This document shows, one piece after another, positions 1 through 9,731 of a stretch of 64,000 bases of DNA; the stretch's first letter is position 1; every line of letters starts with the position of its first letter. Source of the stretch: Candidatus Dojkabacteria bacterium (GTDB taxonomy: Bacteria > Patescibacteriota > Dojkabacteria > B142 > JAFGFJ01). The position numbers and the translations under genes were made by a program. The notes below the pieces were generated by a model. The model made no database searches. It had not been told where the DNA came from and saw only the letters and a program-made list of their open reading frames with translations. Location of the stretch: the NCBI GenBank assembly GCA_016931155.1, contig JAFGFJ010000006.1:314896-378895 (forward strand), in the 5' to 3' direction.

Positions 1-9
1 TAAGAAGAT

Positions 10-34
10 GTGAGCTTTGTGCTCACTTTTTTTT
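10..34 (+). terminator. Rho-independent terminator upstream of nusA (hairpin gtgagc-tttgt-gctcac followed by T8)
   Basis: Perfect 6-bp inverted repeat with 5-nt loop followed by tttttttt, read directly in sequence. Confidence 0.6.
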
Positions 35-87
35 GAAGGGTAGATTTGCATAATAGCAGGGTGTTTAATATTTTTTATAAAAATACA

Positions 88-1431
88 ATGGCAGTACAAT
101 CAGATTTTTTGGTGGCAATCAATCAGATTGCGGCAGAAAGAGGAATAGATGCGAATGAAGTACTTGAAGCAGTAAAGGCTGCTATACTTACCGCTTTCAG
201 GAGAGAGTATCCTATAGAAGAGGAGAATACAGATATTGAAGAGGAAAAAGAGAGTACAGAGGAAGGTCAATTGCTTAAGGTGGATATTAGTTCTGATACG
301 GGGCTTTTCCATGTTTATGCTGACAAAAAAGTAGTAATTGAGGTTGCCAATCCCGCAACACAGATAGGTCTCGAAGATGCACAGAAAATTGAGCCTAAAC
401 TGAAAGAGGGTGATCATATTGAAGTAGACATTACTCCAAAAGGAGACTTTGGAAGGGTGGCTGCTCAGGTTGCAAAGCAGGTAATTCTTCAGAACTTGAG
501 GGAGTTTGAGAAAGAAGCGGTTATGGAGGAATTTAAAGATAAGATGGGGCAACTTGATACAGGCATCATTCAGAGAATGGATGGTGATACTGTTGTTGTC
601 GAAATAAGAAGAGCAAGTGCAGTAATGGAGGCGGAAGACAGAATCCCAGGTGAATTTTACAGAAGTGGAGACAGATTAAAATTTCTTCTGAAAAAAATAA
701 AAAGAACTACTAAAGGGAAAATCCTTACTGTATCAAGATCAGATCCGGATTTTTTGAGAGCTCTTTTTGAACTTGAAGTACCAGAGTTGGTATCAGAAAG
801 TGTTGAAATAAAAGCAATTGCGAGAGAGGCAGGGTCAAGGTCAAAAGTAGCTGTCAGTTCAAATGTTGAAGGAGTTGATCCTATTGGATCGTTCGTCGGA
901 CAAAAAGGTGTGAGGATAAATGCTGTTATGAACGAATTAAAAGTCGGCAGTAACGAAGAGAAAATAGATATAATACTATGGGATCAGGATATTAAGCAGT
1001 TTATTTCAAATGCGTTTAGCCCTGCACAAGTTGTGAGTGTGAAGATTAATGATGAGAAGGCGAAATATGCGGAAGTAGTTGTTCCTGATGATCAGCTTTC
1101 ACTTGCTATAGGAAGGGAAGGGCAAAATGTTAGACTTGCTGCAAAGCTCACAGGTTGGAGACTGGATATTCAGGGCGAGACTATTAAAGTGAATCCGGAA
1201 AACGCTGGTTCTGAAGACGGGGATGCTGGAAATATTTCTGAAGTAAAAAAGAAAACTTCAGCTGTTACAAAGAAAAAGGATGAAGCTAAGGAAAAGAAGA
1301 TAAAAGAAAAGAACGGGAAAAAAGCTATAAAAAAGAAAACAAGTAGTACAAGTAAAAAAAGAAAGGCAGTTATAACGAGTCAAAAGAATAAAACGGGTAA
1401 AACAAAAAAAACAGTTAAGGCTAAGAAGTAA
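88..1431 (+). CDS. nusA: Transcription termination/antitermination factor NusA with Lys-rich C-terminal tail (ORF opens at 46; likely start ATG at 88, MAVQSDF...)
   Basis: N-terminal domain, S1 and KH-like regions recognisable (AINQIAAERGID..., GREGQNVRLAAKLTGWRLDI); ~80-aa K-rich C-terminal extension. Confidence 0.9.
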   Translation: MAVQSDFLVAINQIAAERGIDANEVLEAVKAAILTAFRREYPIEEENTDIEEEKESTEEGQLLKVDISSDTGLFHVYADKKVVIEVANPATQIGLEDAQKIEPKLKEGDHIEVDITPKGDFGRVAAQVAKQVILQNLREFEKEAVMEEFKDKMGQLDTGIIQRMDGDTVVVEIRRASAVMEAEDRIPGEFYRSGDRLKFLLKKIKRTTKGKILTVSRSDPDFLRALFELEVPELVSESVEIKAIAREAGSRSKVAVSSNVEGVDPIGSFVGQKGVRINAVMNELKVGSNEEKIDIILWDQDIKQFISNAFSPAQVVSVKINDEKAKYAEVVVPDDQLSLAIGREGQNVRLAAKLTGWRLDIQGETIKVNPENAGSEDGDAGNISEVKKKTSAVTKKKDEAKEKKIKEKNGKKAIKKKTSSTSKKRKAVITSQKNKTGKTKKTVKAKK

Positions 1432-1442
1432 AAGGAGAAAAA

Positions 1443-1820
1443 ATGCTGATGCTGAAAGAATTATCTCCAAAAAAACATATTCCTATGCGTACTTGTATTG
1501 CAACTGGTATAAAGAAACCAAAAAACGATCTTATCCGTCTGGTCAAACTATCTAATGGACAAGTTGTAATTGATTTATTGGGAAAGGAGAGAGGTAGAGG
1601 GGCAAATTTAGATCTAAATACTGAAGCATTTGATTTGGCTGTTAAGAAAAATGTAATAAGTAAGGCTCTAAAACTTGAAAGAAATTTAACTGAAACGGAA
1701 ATTGAATATTTGAGAAAAGAATTTATTTCTGCTCTTGAGTTGAAAAAATTTCGTCAGGGTAAAAGGTCAGTTACGATCAGGGTGGATAAAGGAACTCTTG
1801 CCAGGAAACTGGCTGAATAG
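1443..1820 (+). CDS. ylxR: YlxR/DUF448 family RNA-binding protein (true start possibly ATG at 1485, MRTCIATG)
   Basis: MRTCIATGIKKPKNDLIRLV motif typical of YlxR proteins encoded downstream of nusA. Confidence 0.75.
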   Translation: MLMLKELSPKKHIPMRTCIATGIKKPKNDLIRLVKLSNGQVVIDLLGKERGRGANLDLNTEAFDLAVKKNVISKALKLERNLTETEIEYLRKEFISALELKKFRQGKRSVTIRVDKGTLARKLAE

Positions 1821-1839
1821 CGAGTTATTTTTGTTTTGT

Positions 1840-2931
1840 CTATTCTGTGTTGTTTTCTATGTTTGTAAGTTGACCACAAGCAGCCTCAACGTCCTCTCCC
1901 ATTGTTACTCTAATTGTGGCAGGAATACCTGCTTCAGTAAGTATCTTTGCAAAACTATGTATTCTATTTCTACTACTTCGGCGAAAACTCCTGAAAGAAT
2001 ATTTATCTGGCAGAAAGCGAGAACAATTAGTCTGTTTATTTACAGTTTTTATATCATGATAAATGGTAATGGGATTGTAAGGGATGAGGTTTATGTGGGC
2101 AAGTCTTTGCCCTTTCAAAAGTGCAACTAGTTCCTGAGCGTGTTCTCCCCTGTCGTTTACATCGTGTATCATGATGTATTCGTAGCTTATTCTTTTGTTT
2201 CGAAGATCCATGTACCAGGTTGTTGCTTTTATGAGCTTATCAATAGGAAAAAGCCTGGCAATGGGCATAATTTTTTCTCTGAGCTTCTGATTTGGAGCGT
2301 GCAGTGAAATGGCAAACCTTCCTTTGAAACCATCTTTGACCAGTTTCTTGAATTGAGGAATATATCCACAGGTTGAAATTATTATTCTTCTTTTACTAAG
2401 TCCAAGTTTTGCAGGATCTGTAATAATGTCCAGTGACTTTTGAACTTCAGACAGATTAAGTAGTGGCTCGCCCATTCCCATAAAGACAACATTAGTAACC
2501 TTTTGAGGTTTTTTACAACTGAGGAGAAAACGATTGAAATATAATATCTGATCGATAATTTCCTGTGCTGAAAGATTTCCACCGAAGCCCATTTTCCCGG
2601 TTGCACAAAATATACAGCCTACGGGGCATCCAACCATACAGCTTACACAGACGGTATTCCTTTTGTCTTTATGTCTTATGAGTACTGTTTCAATTTTCTT
2701 TTTATCGCTTCTTTCAAATAAGAGCTTTATTGTTTTCGAATTTTTGGATTCAAGTTTTTTTATCTCCCTTAATGTCGAAAAGGTTATTTCTTGAGATAAT
2801 TTATTTTTTATGTCTTTTGGAAGAGTAGTGATTTCCTCAAAACTTCTGATAGGTTTCTGATAAAAGGCTTCCTCAATTTGCTTGAGTCGAAACCCGGGAA
2901 GATTATATTTATTTATGAATTTTCGAAACAT
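1840..2931 (-). CDS. rlmN: Radical SAM 23S rRNA (adenine2503-C2)-methyltransferase RlmN/Cfr family
   Basis: CPVGCIFCATG radical-SAM cysteine motif, MGMGEPLLN, GIPATIRVTMGEDVEAACGQL C-terminal motif. Confidence 0.85.
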   Translation of the reverse strand: MFRKFINKYNLPGFRLKQIEEAFYQKPIRSFEEITTLPKDIKNKLSQEITFSTLREIKKLESKNSKTIKLLFERSDKKKIETVLIRHKDKRNTVCVSCMVGCPVGCIFCATGKMGFGGNLSAQEIIDQILYFNRFLLSCKKPQKVTNVVFMGMGEPLLNLSEVQKSLDIITDPAKLGLSKRRIIISTCGYIPQFKKLVKDGFKGRFAISLHAPNQKLREKIMPIARLFPIDKLIKATTWYMDLRNKRISYEYIMIHDVNDRGEHAQELVALLKGQRLAHINLIPYNPITIYHDIKTVNKQTNCSRFLPDKYSFRSFRRSSRNRIHSFAKILTEAGIPATIRVTMGEDVEAACGQLTNIENNTE

Positions 2932-3154
2932 AAAGGGATTATACCCTACATTATAAAGTGCAGACAGGGTAGGAGCTGATTTATGGATTTTTTTGGGACA
3001 GAAGATGAAGGTTATTTATTTGCTTCACACTTTATTGAAAATTTCCTACCACTCTGTTACTATTACCCAGCTTTTTTGAAGTAGGATGTACAATAACCTG
3101 TGAAGAGGGTTGTTGTTTTTTTGATCAAAAATTTAAATTATATTTATAAATTTA

Positions 3155-5302
3155 ATGGCAGGTACAGATTACACATCGGTAAAAGATAAAAATCTTTACA
3201 GGAATATTGGAATTATTGCTCATATTGATGCTGGGAAAACTACTACCACTGAGCGTATTCTCTTTTTTACGGGAAAGAAGCACAAACTTGGAGAAGTTCA
3301 CGAAGGAGCTGCGGAAATGGACTTTATGGACCAGGAAAAGGAAAGAGGAATAACTATCCAGTCTGCTGCTACTACTGCTTTCTGGGAAGTTGATAATACC
3401 AGATATAGGGTAAATATTATTGATACTCCCGGGCATGTTGATTTTACAGCTGAAGTTGAGAGGTCATTGAGGGTACTTGATGGAGCGGTTGTTGTATTCG
3501 ATGGGAAGGAGGGGGTTGAACCGCAGTCAAGTAAAGTGTGGCTTCAGGCGGAAAAATATTTTGTACCAAGGCTTTGCTATATAAATAAACTTGACGCAAC
3601 TGGTGGCGATTTTTTCAAAAGCCTGGAAAGTATTCAAAATGAACTCAACAAAAATGCATTTGCGGTTCAGATTCCTGTAGGTACTGAGTCAAACTTTAAT
3701 GGGATTATAGATCTTGTTGATATGAAGGCTCATATGTATAAGGATGAGCTTGGGAAAGAGATAGAAGTATCCGATATTCCGGATGATCTTAAGATAAAGG
3801 CTGAGGAATATAGAGAAAAAATGATTGAGAAAATTGCTGATGCGGATGATGTCATTGCTGAAAAGTATCTTGGCGGGGAGGAAATATCCCGTGAAGAAAT
3901 TGTTGCGGGTATTAGAAAAGGAACTGTCTCTGGTGTGATTTTTCCGGTTTTGGCAGGATCTTCGTACAAAAATAGAGGTATTCAGCTTATGCTTGATTGT
4001 GTTTGCAGGTATCTGCCGTCTCCCCTTGAAAAGATTCAGGTAATAAAAAACGAAGAGACTGGAGAGCAGACAAAATATATTGGAGAGGTAGTTGGGAAAA
4101 ATCCAAAGACTGATGCTGATGAACACAGGAAGGCATCAAATGATGAACCTTTTTCCGGACTTGTTTTTAAAATTGCAATGGATACTCATGTGGGCTCGCT
4201 GGCCTTTATAAGAGTATATTCAGGTAAGCTTCAGGCTGGAACGTATGTGTACAATTCATCTGTCGATAAGAAAGAAAGAGTGGCTAGAATTCTTTTGATG
4301 CATGCAAATCATAGAGAGGAAGCACCTGAGATAAGTGCTGGAGATATTGCGGCTCTTGTAGGGATTAAAGAATCCTATACTGGAAATACAATTTGTGATG
4401 AAAATAATCCTGTTGTTCTCGAGAGTATCAAGTTCTCTGATCCTGTTGTCTCGCTTGCGATTGAGCCAAAAACAAAATCAGATCAGGAGAAAATGGGTAC
4501 AGCTCTTAATAAGCTTTCGCAGGAGGATCCTACTTTTAAAATTTCGACAAATGAAGAAACGGGGCAGACAATTATTTCTGGGATGGGAGAACTACATCTG
4601 GAAGTAAAAGTGGATATTATGAGAAGGGACTACAATGTGGATGTTAATACAGGTAAACCGCAAGTAGCTTACAGAGAGACCGTAGAAGGAGAAATTGAAC
4701 ATAGAGAGCTTCTCAAAAAGCAGACAGGAGGTGCGGGACAATTTGCCGATCTCACTATCATTCTTTCTCCGAATGAGCGAGGGAAGGGGTATGAATTTAT
4801 TGATAAAATCAAGGGTGGAGCGATTCCAAGAGAATTTATTCCTTCAGTTGATAAAGGAATTCAACAGGCACTTTCTACAGGGGTAATCGGAGGATTTCCG
4901 GTAGTGGATGTGAAAGTTGAGCTGGTTGATGGATCCTACCACGAGGTTGACTCAAATACCGATACATTCAAAATTGCAGCGAACAGAGGTTTCAAGGAAG
5001 CAATGAAGAAGGCTTCTCCTATTCTACTTGAACCAATTATGAAGCTTGTAGTGAATACTCCGGATGAATTTGCAGGAGACATAACAGGAGCGGTTGCTTC
5101 AAAGAGAGGACAGATTAAGAAAATGGAATCAAAAGGTAATTACCAGGAAATCGAAGCAGAGGTTCCTCTTGGTAATATGTTTGGCTGGACGGGGGACATG
5201 AGGTCTATGACTAAAGGAAAAGCGAATAGTGTGATGGAATTTTCGCATTACCAGAAAGTACCTGAAAATCTTGTGGATCAACTACTCGGAAAGAGCGAGT
5301 AG
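3155..5302 (+). CDS. fusA: Translation elongation factor G
   Basis: AHIDAGKTTTTERIL G1 motif, DTPGHVDF, full-length 715 aa with EF-G domains III-V. Confidence 0.95.
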   Translation: MAGTDYTSVKDKNLYRNIGIIAHIDAGKTTTTERILFFTGKKHKLGEVHEGAAEMDFMDQEKERGITIQSAATTAFWEVDNTRYRVNIIDTPGHVDFTAEVERSLRVLDGAVVVFDGKEGVEPQSSKVWLQAEKYFVPRLCYINKLDATGGDFFKSLESIQNELNKNAFAVQIPVGTESNFNGIIDLVDMKAHMYKDELGKEIEVSDIPDDLKIKAEEYREKMIEKIADADDVIAEKYLGGEEISREEIVAGIRKGTVSGVIFPVLAGSSYKNRGIQLMLDCVCRYLPSPLEKIQVIKNEETGEQTKYIGEVVGKNPKTDADEHRKASNDEPFSGLVFKIAMDTHVGSLAFIRVYSGKLQAGTYVYNSSVDKKERVARILLMHANHREEAPEISAGDIAALVGIKESYTGNTICDENNPVVLESIKFSDPVVSLAIEPKTKSDQEKMGTALNKLSQEDPTFKISTNEETGQTIISGMGELHLEVKVDIMRRDYNVDVNTGKPQVAYRETVEGEIEHRELLKKQTGGAGQFADLTIILSPNERGKGYEFIDKIKGGAIPREFIPSVDKGIQQALSTGVIGGFPVVDVKVELVDGSYHEVDSNTDTFKIAANRGFKEAMKKASPILLEPIMKLVVNTPDEFAGDITGAVASKRGQIKKMESKGNYQEIEAEVPLGNMFGWTGDMRSMTKGKANSVMEFSHYQKVPENLVDQLLGKSE

Positions 5303-5765
5303 ACAAATTCCGGTAGGAGTTCCATTTGTCCATTATCAACTCCAAAGTTTCTCTTTATGGCTAAGTAACTTTATTGTCTGAGAGATTTCTATGGATAAAT
5401 GATCGCATTCATGATCTATCTTTATGGCAGCTAATTCCAATTGAAGCATTGATAAATACTTTTTTTATTACCGATTTCTTTTCTTACAAAATCTACCAGC
5501 GGTCAATGAAAGGGCTAATTGAATAATTGTTTTTACTGAAAAATTCAAATCCCATATCAAGCATGCTGGTGCAATACAAAGCAGTATTAATTCTTTGACT
5601 TATAAAGTCAAAGATATGATTTTACAGTATGGAGTGAAGAATAAGGAGAAATACTGGTCTGAAAATTTCTCGTAATAACTTGATTATTAGTCCAGGATTT
5701 GATATAAATTTGGATCGAGAACACAAATTCCTCGCGTGTTCTTTTTTAACTGCCTTTGACAGCAC

Positions 5766-5794
5766 TTGCGGGTGGTTGACCCAACTAATATAAT
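5766..5794 (+). promoter_or_regulatory. Candidate sigma70-like promoter for tuf (TTGCGG-N17-TATAAT)
   Basis: -35-like ttgcgg at 5766-5771, 17-nt spacer, perfect tataat at 5789-5794, ~63 nt upstream of the tuf ATG. Confidence 0.4.
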
Positions 5795-5857
5795 GAGGAG
5801 TTTTTGATTTAAGAGTATTTAACTCCAAACGTATTATTATTTTTAAAATTACAAAAA

Positions 5858-7039
5858 ATGGCAGACACAAAGTTTGATAGAACAAAGCCACATGTCAATA
5901 TCGGTACTCTAGGTCATGTTGACCATGGAAAGACTACTTTACTTCGAGGTGTTCTTGAAGTATTCGGTGGAGAAAGAAAAGAAGAGTTCAAGGAGAAACT
6001 TGATAAATCTCCTGAGTCAAGAGCAAAGAGCGTTACTATTTCCGTTGCTCATGTTGAAGCTGAGACAGATAGCAGGCATTATGCAATTGTTGACTGTCCT
6101 GGACACAGAGATTACATCAAAAACATGATTACAGGTGCGGCTCAAATGGATGGTGCAATTATTGTTGTTTCAGCAAGTGATGGTCCAATGCCTCAGACAA
6201 AAGAGCATGTCCTTCTTGCCAAGCAAGTAGGAGTGAAGAACTTTGTCGTATTTATAAATATTTTTGACGACTCAATGGATACTGAGCTTGTAGATCTCGT
6301 TGAAGAAGAGGTAAGGGATCTTTTAACTAAGTATGACTTTGATGGAAAAGGAGTAACAGTTGTGAGAGGTTCTGCTCTGAAGGCAGAAAAAGGAGAAGCG
6401 GAAGGAATTGAAGCAATAAAGAAACTGATGGAAGCTGTGGATAAGGATATTCCAATGCCTGAGAGGCCTGTTGATCAACCACTTCTTATGTTTATTGAAG
6501 ATGTTTTCTCGATTTCAGGGAGAGGTACCGTTGCTACGGGAAGGATTGATAGGGGAAAGATTAAGGTGAACGATGTAGTTGAGCTTGTTGGACTTTCAGA
6601 GAAACCAGTTGATGTTACTGTTACTGGAGTTGAAATGTTTAATAAACAACTCGATGAGGGTATGGCAGGAGACAATGTTGGTATTTTAATGAGAGGGCTT
6701 AAGAGAGAGGACGTTGAGAGAGGACAGGTACTTGCAGCAAAGGGTTCTATTAAACCTCATACTGAATTTGAAGCTCAGGTTTATATTCTAAAGAAAGAAG
6801 AAGGTGGAAGAACTACTGCATTCTTTTCAGGATACAAGCCACAGTTTTATATGAGAACTACTGATGTGACTGGAGATGTAACATTGAAGGAAGGAACGGA
6901 AATGGTTATGCCTGGGGATGATGCTGAAATCTCTATCAAGCTTATCACACCAGTGGCGGTTGAAGAGGGAATGAGATTTGCAATTAGAGAGGGAGGAAGG
7001 ACAGTAGGAGAAGGAATTATTACTAAGGTTATTAAGTAA
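5858..7039 (+). CDS. tuf: Translation elongation factor Tu
   Basis: [18 protein letters not shown], full-length 393 aa. Confidence 0.97.
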   Translation: MADTKFDRTKPHVNIGTLGHVDHGKTTLLRGVLEVFGGERKEEFKEKLDKSPESRAKSVTISVAHVEAETDSRHYAIVDCPGHRDYIKNMITGAAQMDGAIIVVSASDGPMPQTKEHVLLAKQVGVKNFVVFINIFDDSMDTELVDLVEEEVRDLLTKYDFDGKGVTVVRGSALKAEKGEAEGIEAIKKLMEAVDKDIPMPERPVDQPLLMFIEDVFSISGRGTVATGRIDRGKIKVNDVVELVGLSEKPVDVTVTGVEMFNKQLDEGMAGDNVGILMRGLKREDVERGQVLAAKGSIKPHTEFEAQVYILKKEEGGRTTAFFSGYKPQFYMRTTDVTGDVTLKEGTEMVMPGDDAEISIKLITPVAVEEGMRFAIREGGRTVGEGIITKVIK

Positions 7040-7045
7040 GAAACT

Positions 7046-7081
7046 GAAGTTGAGCTGGAAAAAACCAGCTCAACTTTTTTA
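7046..7081 (+). terminator. Rho-independent terminator/attenuator after tuf (12-bp stem aagttgagctgg / ccagctcaactt, loop A6, then T-run)
   Basis: Perfect 12-bp inverted repeat followed by tttttt, read directly; lies inside the apparent N-terminal extension of the rpsJ ORF, which argues the true rpsJ start is downstream. Confidence 0.65.
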
Positions 7082-7100
7082 TGTTGCTCTTTTTAAATTA

Positions 7101-7400
7101 ATGCAAAGGATAAGAATAAAAATAAAAGGATATGATTATCGTGTAGTTGATAAGGCTGCTCAGCAGATTATTGAAACTGCTGTTAGAACTGGGGCAAAGA
7201 CAGCTGGTCCAATTCCTTTGCCTACGAAGTTGAGGAGATGGGCTGTTCTGCGTTCTCCTCATGTTGATTCCAAATCGAAAGAGCACTTTGAGATGAGGAT
7301 TCACAAGAGGCTTGTGGATATAATTGAGCCAACAGGCCAGACGATTGATTCTTTAACGCATTTGCAACTTGCGGCGGGGGTTGGTATTGAAATAAAGTAA
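7101..7400 (+). CDS. rpsJ: 30S ribosomal protein S10 (start reassigned from 7050 to ATG at 7101)
   Basis: [41 protein letters not shown] matches S10; 100 aa from the internal ATG. Confidence 0.9.
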   Translation: MQRIRIKIKGYDYRVVDKAAQQIIETAVRTGAKTAGPIPLPTKLRRWAVLRSPHVDSKSKEHFEMRIHKRLVDIIEPTGQTIDSLTHLQLAAGVGIEIK

Positions 7401-7512
7401 CAAACTTTTTGAACTGACCTTGGTTAATACTGTTCTTTTCAGGATAAGTTACCAGGACTCTGAAACTTCAGGGATCTTGGGCTTCTCAAAAAGAAGCCTT
7501 TTTTAATAGAAA

Positions 7513-8082
7513 ATGAAAAAAACTTTAATTACAGAAAAAAAAGAGATGACGAGCCTATTCGATGGAGATGGGAAGTTTGTATCTGTTACTGTACTTGAGG
7601 TAGGGGATAATGTTGTTTTTGGGACAAGAATTGAAGAAAAGGATGGTTATAGTGCTTTTATTATTAAAGATGAGAAATCTGGATTGGTAAAAGAGGTGAG
7701 AGTGGAAAGTGATGAGGAAGTAAAGGATATGAAGGTGGGGGATAAATTGGAGATAGACTTTAGTGAGGGAGATACGGTTTCTGCAACGGGAGTAACAAAA
7801 GGAAAAGGTTTTCAAGGAGTAGTCAAAAGATGGGGATTTAAGGGTGGACCAAAAACTCATGGACAATCAGATAGACAAAGACATCCTGGCTCTATTGGAG
7901 GTGGGACTACGCCGGGAAGAGTTTATAAAGGGAAGAAAATGGCGGGAAGGATGGGTGCAGTTACAAGAACGATCAGAGGATTGAGGATTATAAAAATAGA
8001 TAAGGAGAACAATTTAATAGCGGTAAAAGGTGCGATACCTGGAGGTAAAGGCGGATTGGTTTTGCTTAAGTCGACCAAATAA
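7513..8082 (+). CDS. rplC: 50S ribosomal protein L3
   Basis: GKGFQGVVKRWGFKGGPKTHGQSDRQRHPGSIG signature. Confidence 0.95.
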   Translation: MKKTLITEKKEMTSLFDGDGKFVSVTVLEVGDNVVFGTRIEEKDGYSAFIIKDEKSGLVKEVRVESDEEVKDMKVGDKLEIDFSEGDTVSATGVTKGKGFQGVVKRWGFKGGPKTHGQSDRQRHPGSIGGGTTPGRVYKGKKMAGRMGAVTRTIRGLRIIKIDKENNLIAVKGAIPGGKGGLVLLKSTK

Positions 8083-8084
8083 CA

Positions 8085-8609
8085 ATGAAAGCTTTGAAAT
8101 TAGTGCCCTATTTGGTACTTGTTTCTCTCATATCAGTAGGAGTGTACTTACTGATAGGAATAACAAATCAGGAGAAATTGCAAAGTTATTCTGACTTTAT
8201 TGAAACAAGTAGTGGCAAAGTACTTGAAGGGATAAACAAACAGAGTGAACAGATAAACAGAATTGGAAATATTTCGGATATTGAAGAAGGAGTAATAACG
8301 GATAATGAGGATATTTCAAGTAAGTTTAAGACTTTACTTGAAGCAGAAAAAAAAGCCTGGCAGGAATTAAAAAAGCCTGAAGGGTCTAAGGAAACTCAGA
8401 AACAAATGGAAGAGTTTTTTAAGGGTGCAGAAGAAAGCAATAAGCAGTTTGATGAGGCAATGATGGAAATAAAAATACTGAAAAAAGAAGATGAGCTTCT
8501 AAGTACAATTAAGGGCTACAATGAGAAAGTAACAAAATTTGCAGAAACATACGAAGAGCTTATTGAAAACTTAAATAATTATATTGATGAAAGTAACTTT
8601 ATACGATAA
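8085..8609 (+). CDS. Hypothetical membrane-anchored coiled-coil protein inserted between rplC and rplD
   Basis: N-terminal hydrophobic helix (LVPYLVLVSLISVGVYLLIGI) followed by a K/E-rich predicted coiled coil; ATG 2 nt after the rplC stop and overlapping the rplD start by 26 nt. Confidence 0.55.
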   Translation: MKALKLVPYLVLVSLISVGVYLLIGITNQEKLQSYSDFIETSSGKVLEGINKQSEQINRIGNISDIEEGVITDNEDISSKFKTLLEAEKKAWQELKKPEGSKETQKQMEEFFKGAEESNKQFDEAMMEIKILKKEDELLSTIKGYNEKVTKFAETYEELIENLNNYIDESNFIR

Positions 8610-9402
8610 AACAGGAAAAAAGACTGAGAAAAAGATTGAGCTTGACTCTGCGATTTTTGGGGCAAAGGTTAATAAAAAACTATTAAGCCAGGCTGTCTAT
8701 ATATATCTTTCAAATCAAAGGACAGCCAATCCCCAGACTAAAGACAGGGGTGAAGTTAGTGGTGGAGGAAGAAAGCCATGGAAGCAGAAAGGGACGGGAA
8801 GAGCCAGACACGGTTCAACAAGAAGTCCGATCTGGAGAGGAGGAGGAGTTACTTTTGGTCCCACAAATCAAAAGAATTATAAAAAGACTATGCTTAAGAA
8901 AATGAAAAGAGCGGCAATTAGGTCAGCTTTTAGTTATCAGACTGAAGAGAAAAAAGTGTTGGTAATGGAAAAACCCGATTTCAAAGAAGGAGCACTTACA
9001 AAACAAGTCTTGAAAATTTTAAATAATTTGAGAATTGATAAGAAAGTGTTGTTTGTTCAGGGAGATATTGACCAAAACTTTGTTAAAGCAGTGAGTAATC
9101 TCAAAACTGTTTTGGTAAAACCGGTAAACGAACTTAACACTTATTCAGTATTAAATACACAATGGCTGATTTTTACAGATGAAAGTTTGGGAAAGGTTAG
9201 CGAGTTTTGGGGAGCAGAAAAAGGAAAAACTTTAAATACAGAGAAAGGGGAAGAGAAGAAGCTCAGCTCTGTTCAAAGAGATTTAGTAAAAAAGGAAACA
9301 AAAAGAGTCAAGGATGAGAGTGAGAAAAAGCCTTTGAAAAAGGTTGCAAAAAAATCGACTATAAAGAAAGTTAAAATAATAAAATCAAAAACAAAGAAAT
9401 AA
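8584..9402 (+). CDS. rplD: 50S ribosomal protein L4 with ~70-aa Lys-rich C-terminal extension
   Basis: GGGRKPWKQKGTGRARHGSTRSPIWRGGGVTFGP signature; 272 aa against ~200 typical. Confidence 0.93.
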   Translation: MMKVTLYDKTGKKTEKKIELDSAIFGAKVNKKLLSQAVYIYLSNQRTANPQTKDRGEVSGGGRKPWKQKGTGRARHGSTRSPIWRGGGVTFGPTNQKNYKKTMLKKMKRAAIRSAFSYQTEEKKVLVMEKPDFKEGALTKQVLKILNNLRIDKKVLFVQGDIDQNFVKAVSNLKTVLVKPVNELNTYSVLNTQWLIFTDESLGKVSEFWGAEKGKTLNTEKGEEKKLSSVQRDLVKKETKRVKDESEKKPLKKVAKKSTIKKVKIIKSKTKK

Positions 9403-9704
9403 TGAATAAGGTCGAGGCAAGCAAAATTATAATAAGACCAGTCGTTACGGAGAAGACGCTGGATCTTGTCGAAAAAGAAAATCAATATACTTTTGTTATT
9501 GGTAAAAGATTCAACAAGATTGAAGTTCAAAAAGCGGTTGCTCTCCTATTTAATGTGAAGGTATTAGGGGTAAGAATACTGAATGTTCTTGGAAAGAAAA
9601 CAAGATTTGGGAAAAGCAGGATTGAGGGAAAGAGACAGGGAATGAAGAAAGCTATAGTCACCTTGAAAGTAGGTGATAAGATCAGTGCATTTGAAATTAA
9701 ATAA
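9402..9704 (+). CDS. rplW: 50S ribosomal protein L23
   Basis: IIRPVVTEKT... order and size consistent with L23. Confidence 0.9.
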   Translation: MNKVEASKIIIRPVVTEKTLDLVEKENQYTFVIGKRFNKIEVQKAVALLFNVKVLGVRILNVLGKKTRFGKSRIEGKRQGMKKAIVTLKVGDKISAFEIK

Positions 9705-9731
9705 TATAATTAGACATTTGATGTTTTTATT

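Noticed and set aside
100-552. 150-aa minus-strand ORF inside nusA (and many similar antisense ORFs throughout, e.g. 3689..4126, 7555..7866, 10122..10451, 36188..36538, 60413..60802)
   Set aside because: They lie antisense to strongly supported conserved genes, have low-complexity Leu/Phe/Ser-rich translations typical of AT-rich antisense frames, and show no motifs
1200-1431. Lys-rich repetitive 3' end of nusA as a possible repeat element or CRISPR-like array
   Set aside because: It is in-frame coding low-complexity sequence (K-rich tail), with no regular repeat-spacer structure; no CRISPR arrays were seen anywhere in the window
1798-2130. 110-aa plus-strand ORF overlapping the 3' end of rlmN
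   Set aside because: Antisense to the conserved radical-SAM C-terminus; Cys/Phe-rich junk translation
3122-3150. TTGATC-N18-TATAAA promoter-like element upstream of fusA
   Set aside because: The -10 ends only 4 nt before the fusA ATG, so a transcript from it could not include the start codon; probably fortuitous in AT-rich DNA
5594-5614. TTGACT + TATAAA read as a promoter
   Set aside because: The -35 and -10-like hexamers are directly adjacent (no spacer); more plausibly an operator-like palindrome (reported as such in findings)
7050-7100. N-terminal extension of the rpsJ ORF ([17 protein letters not shown])
   Set aside because: This stretch is the tuf terminator hairpin plus T-run; the canonical S10 N-terminus begins at ATG 7101
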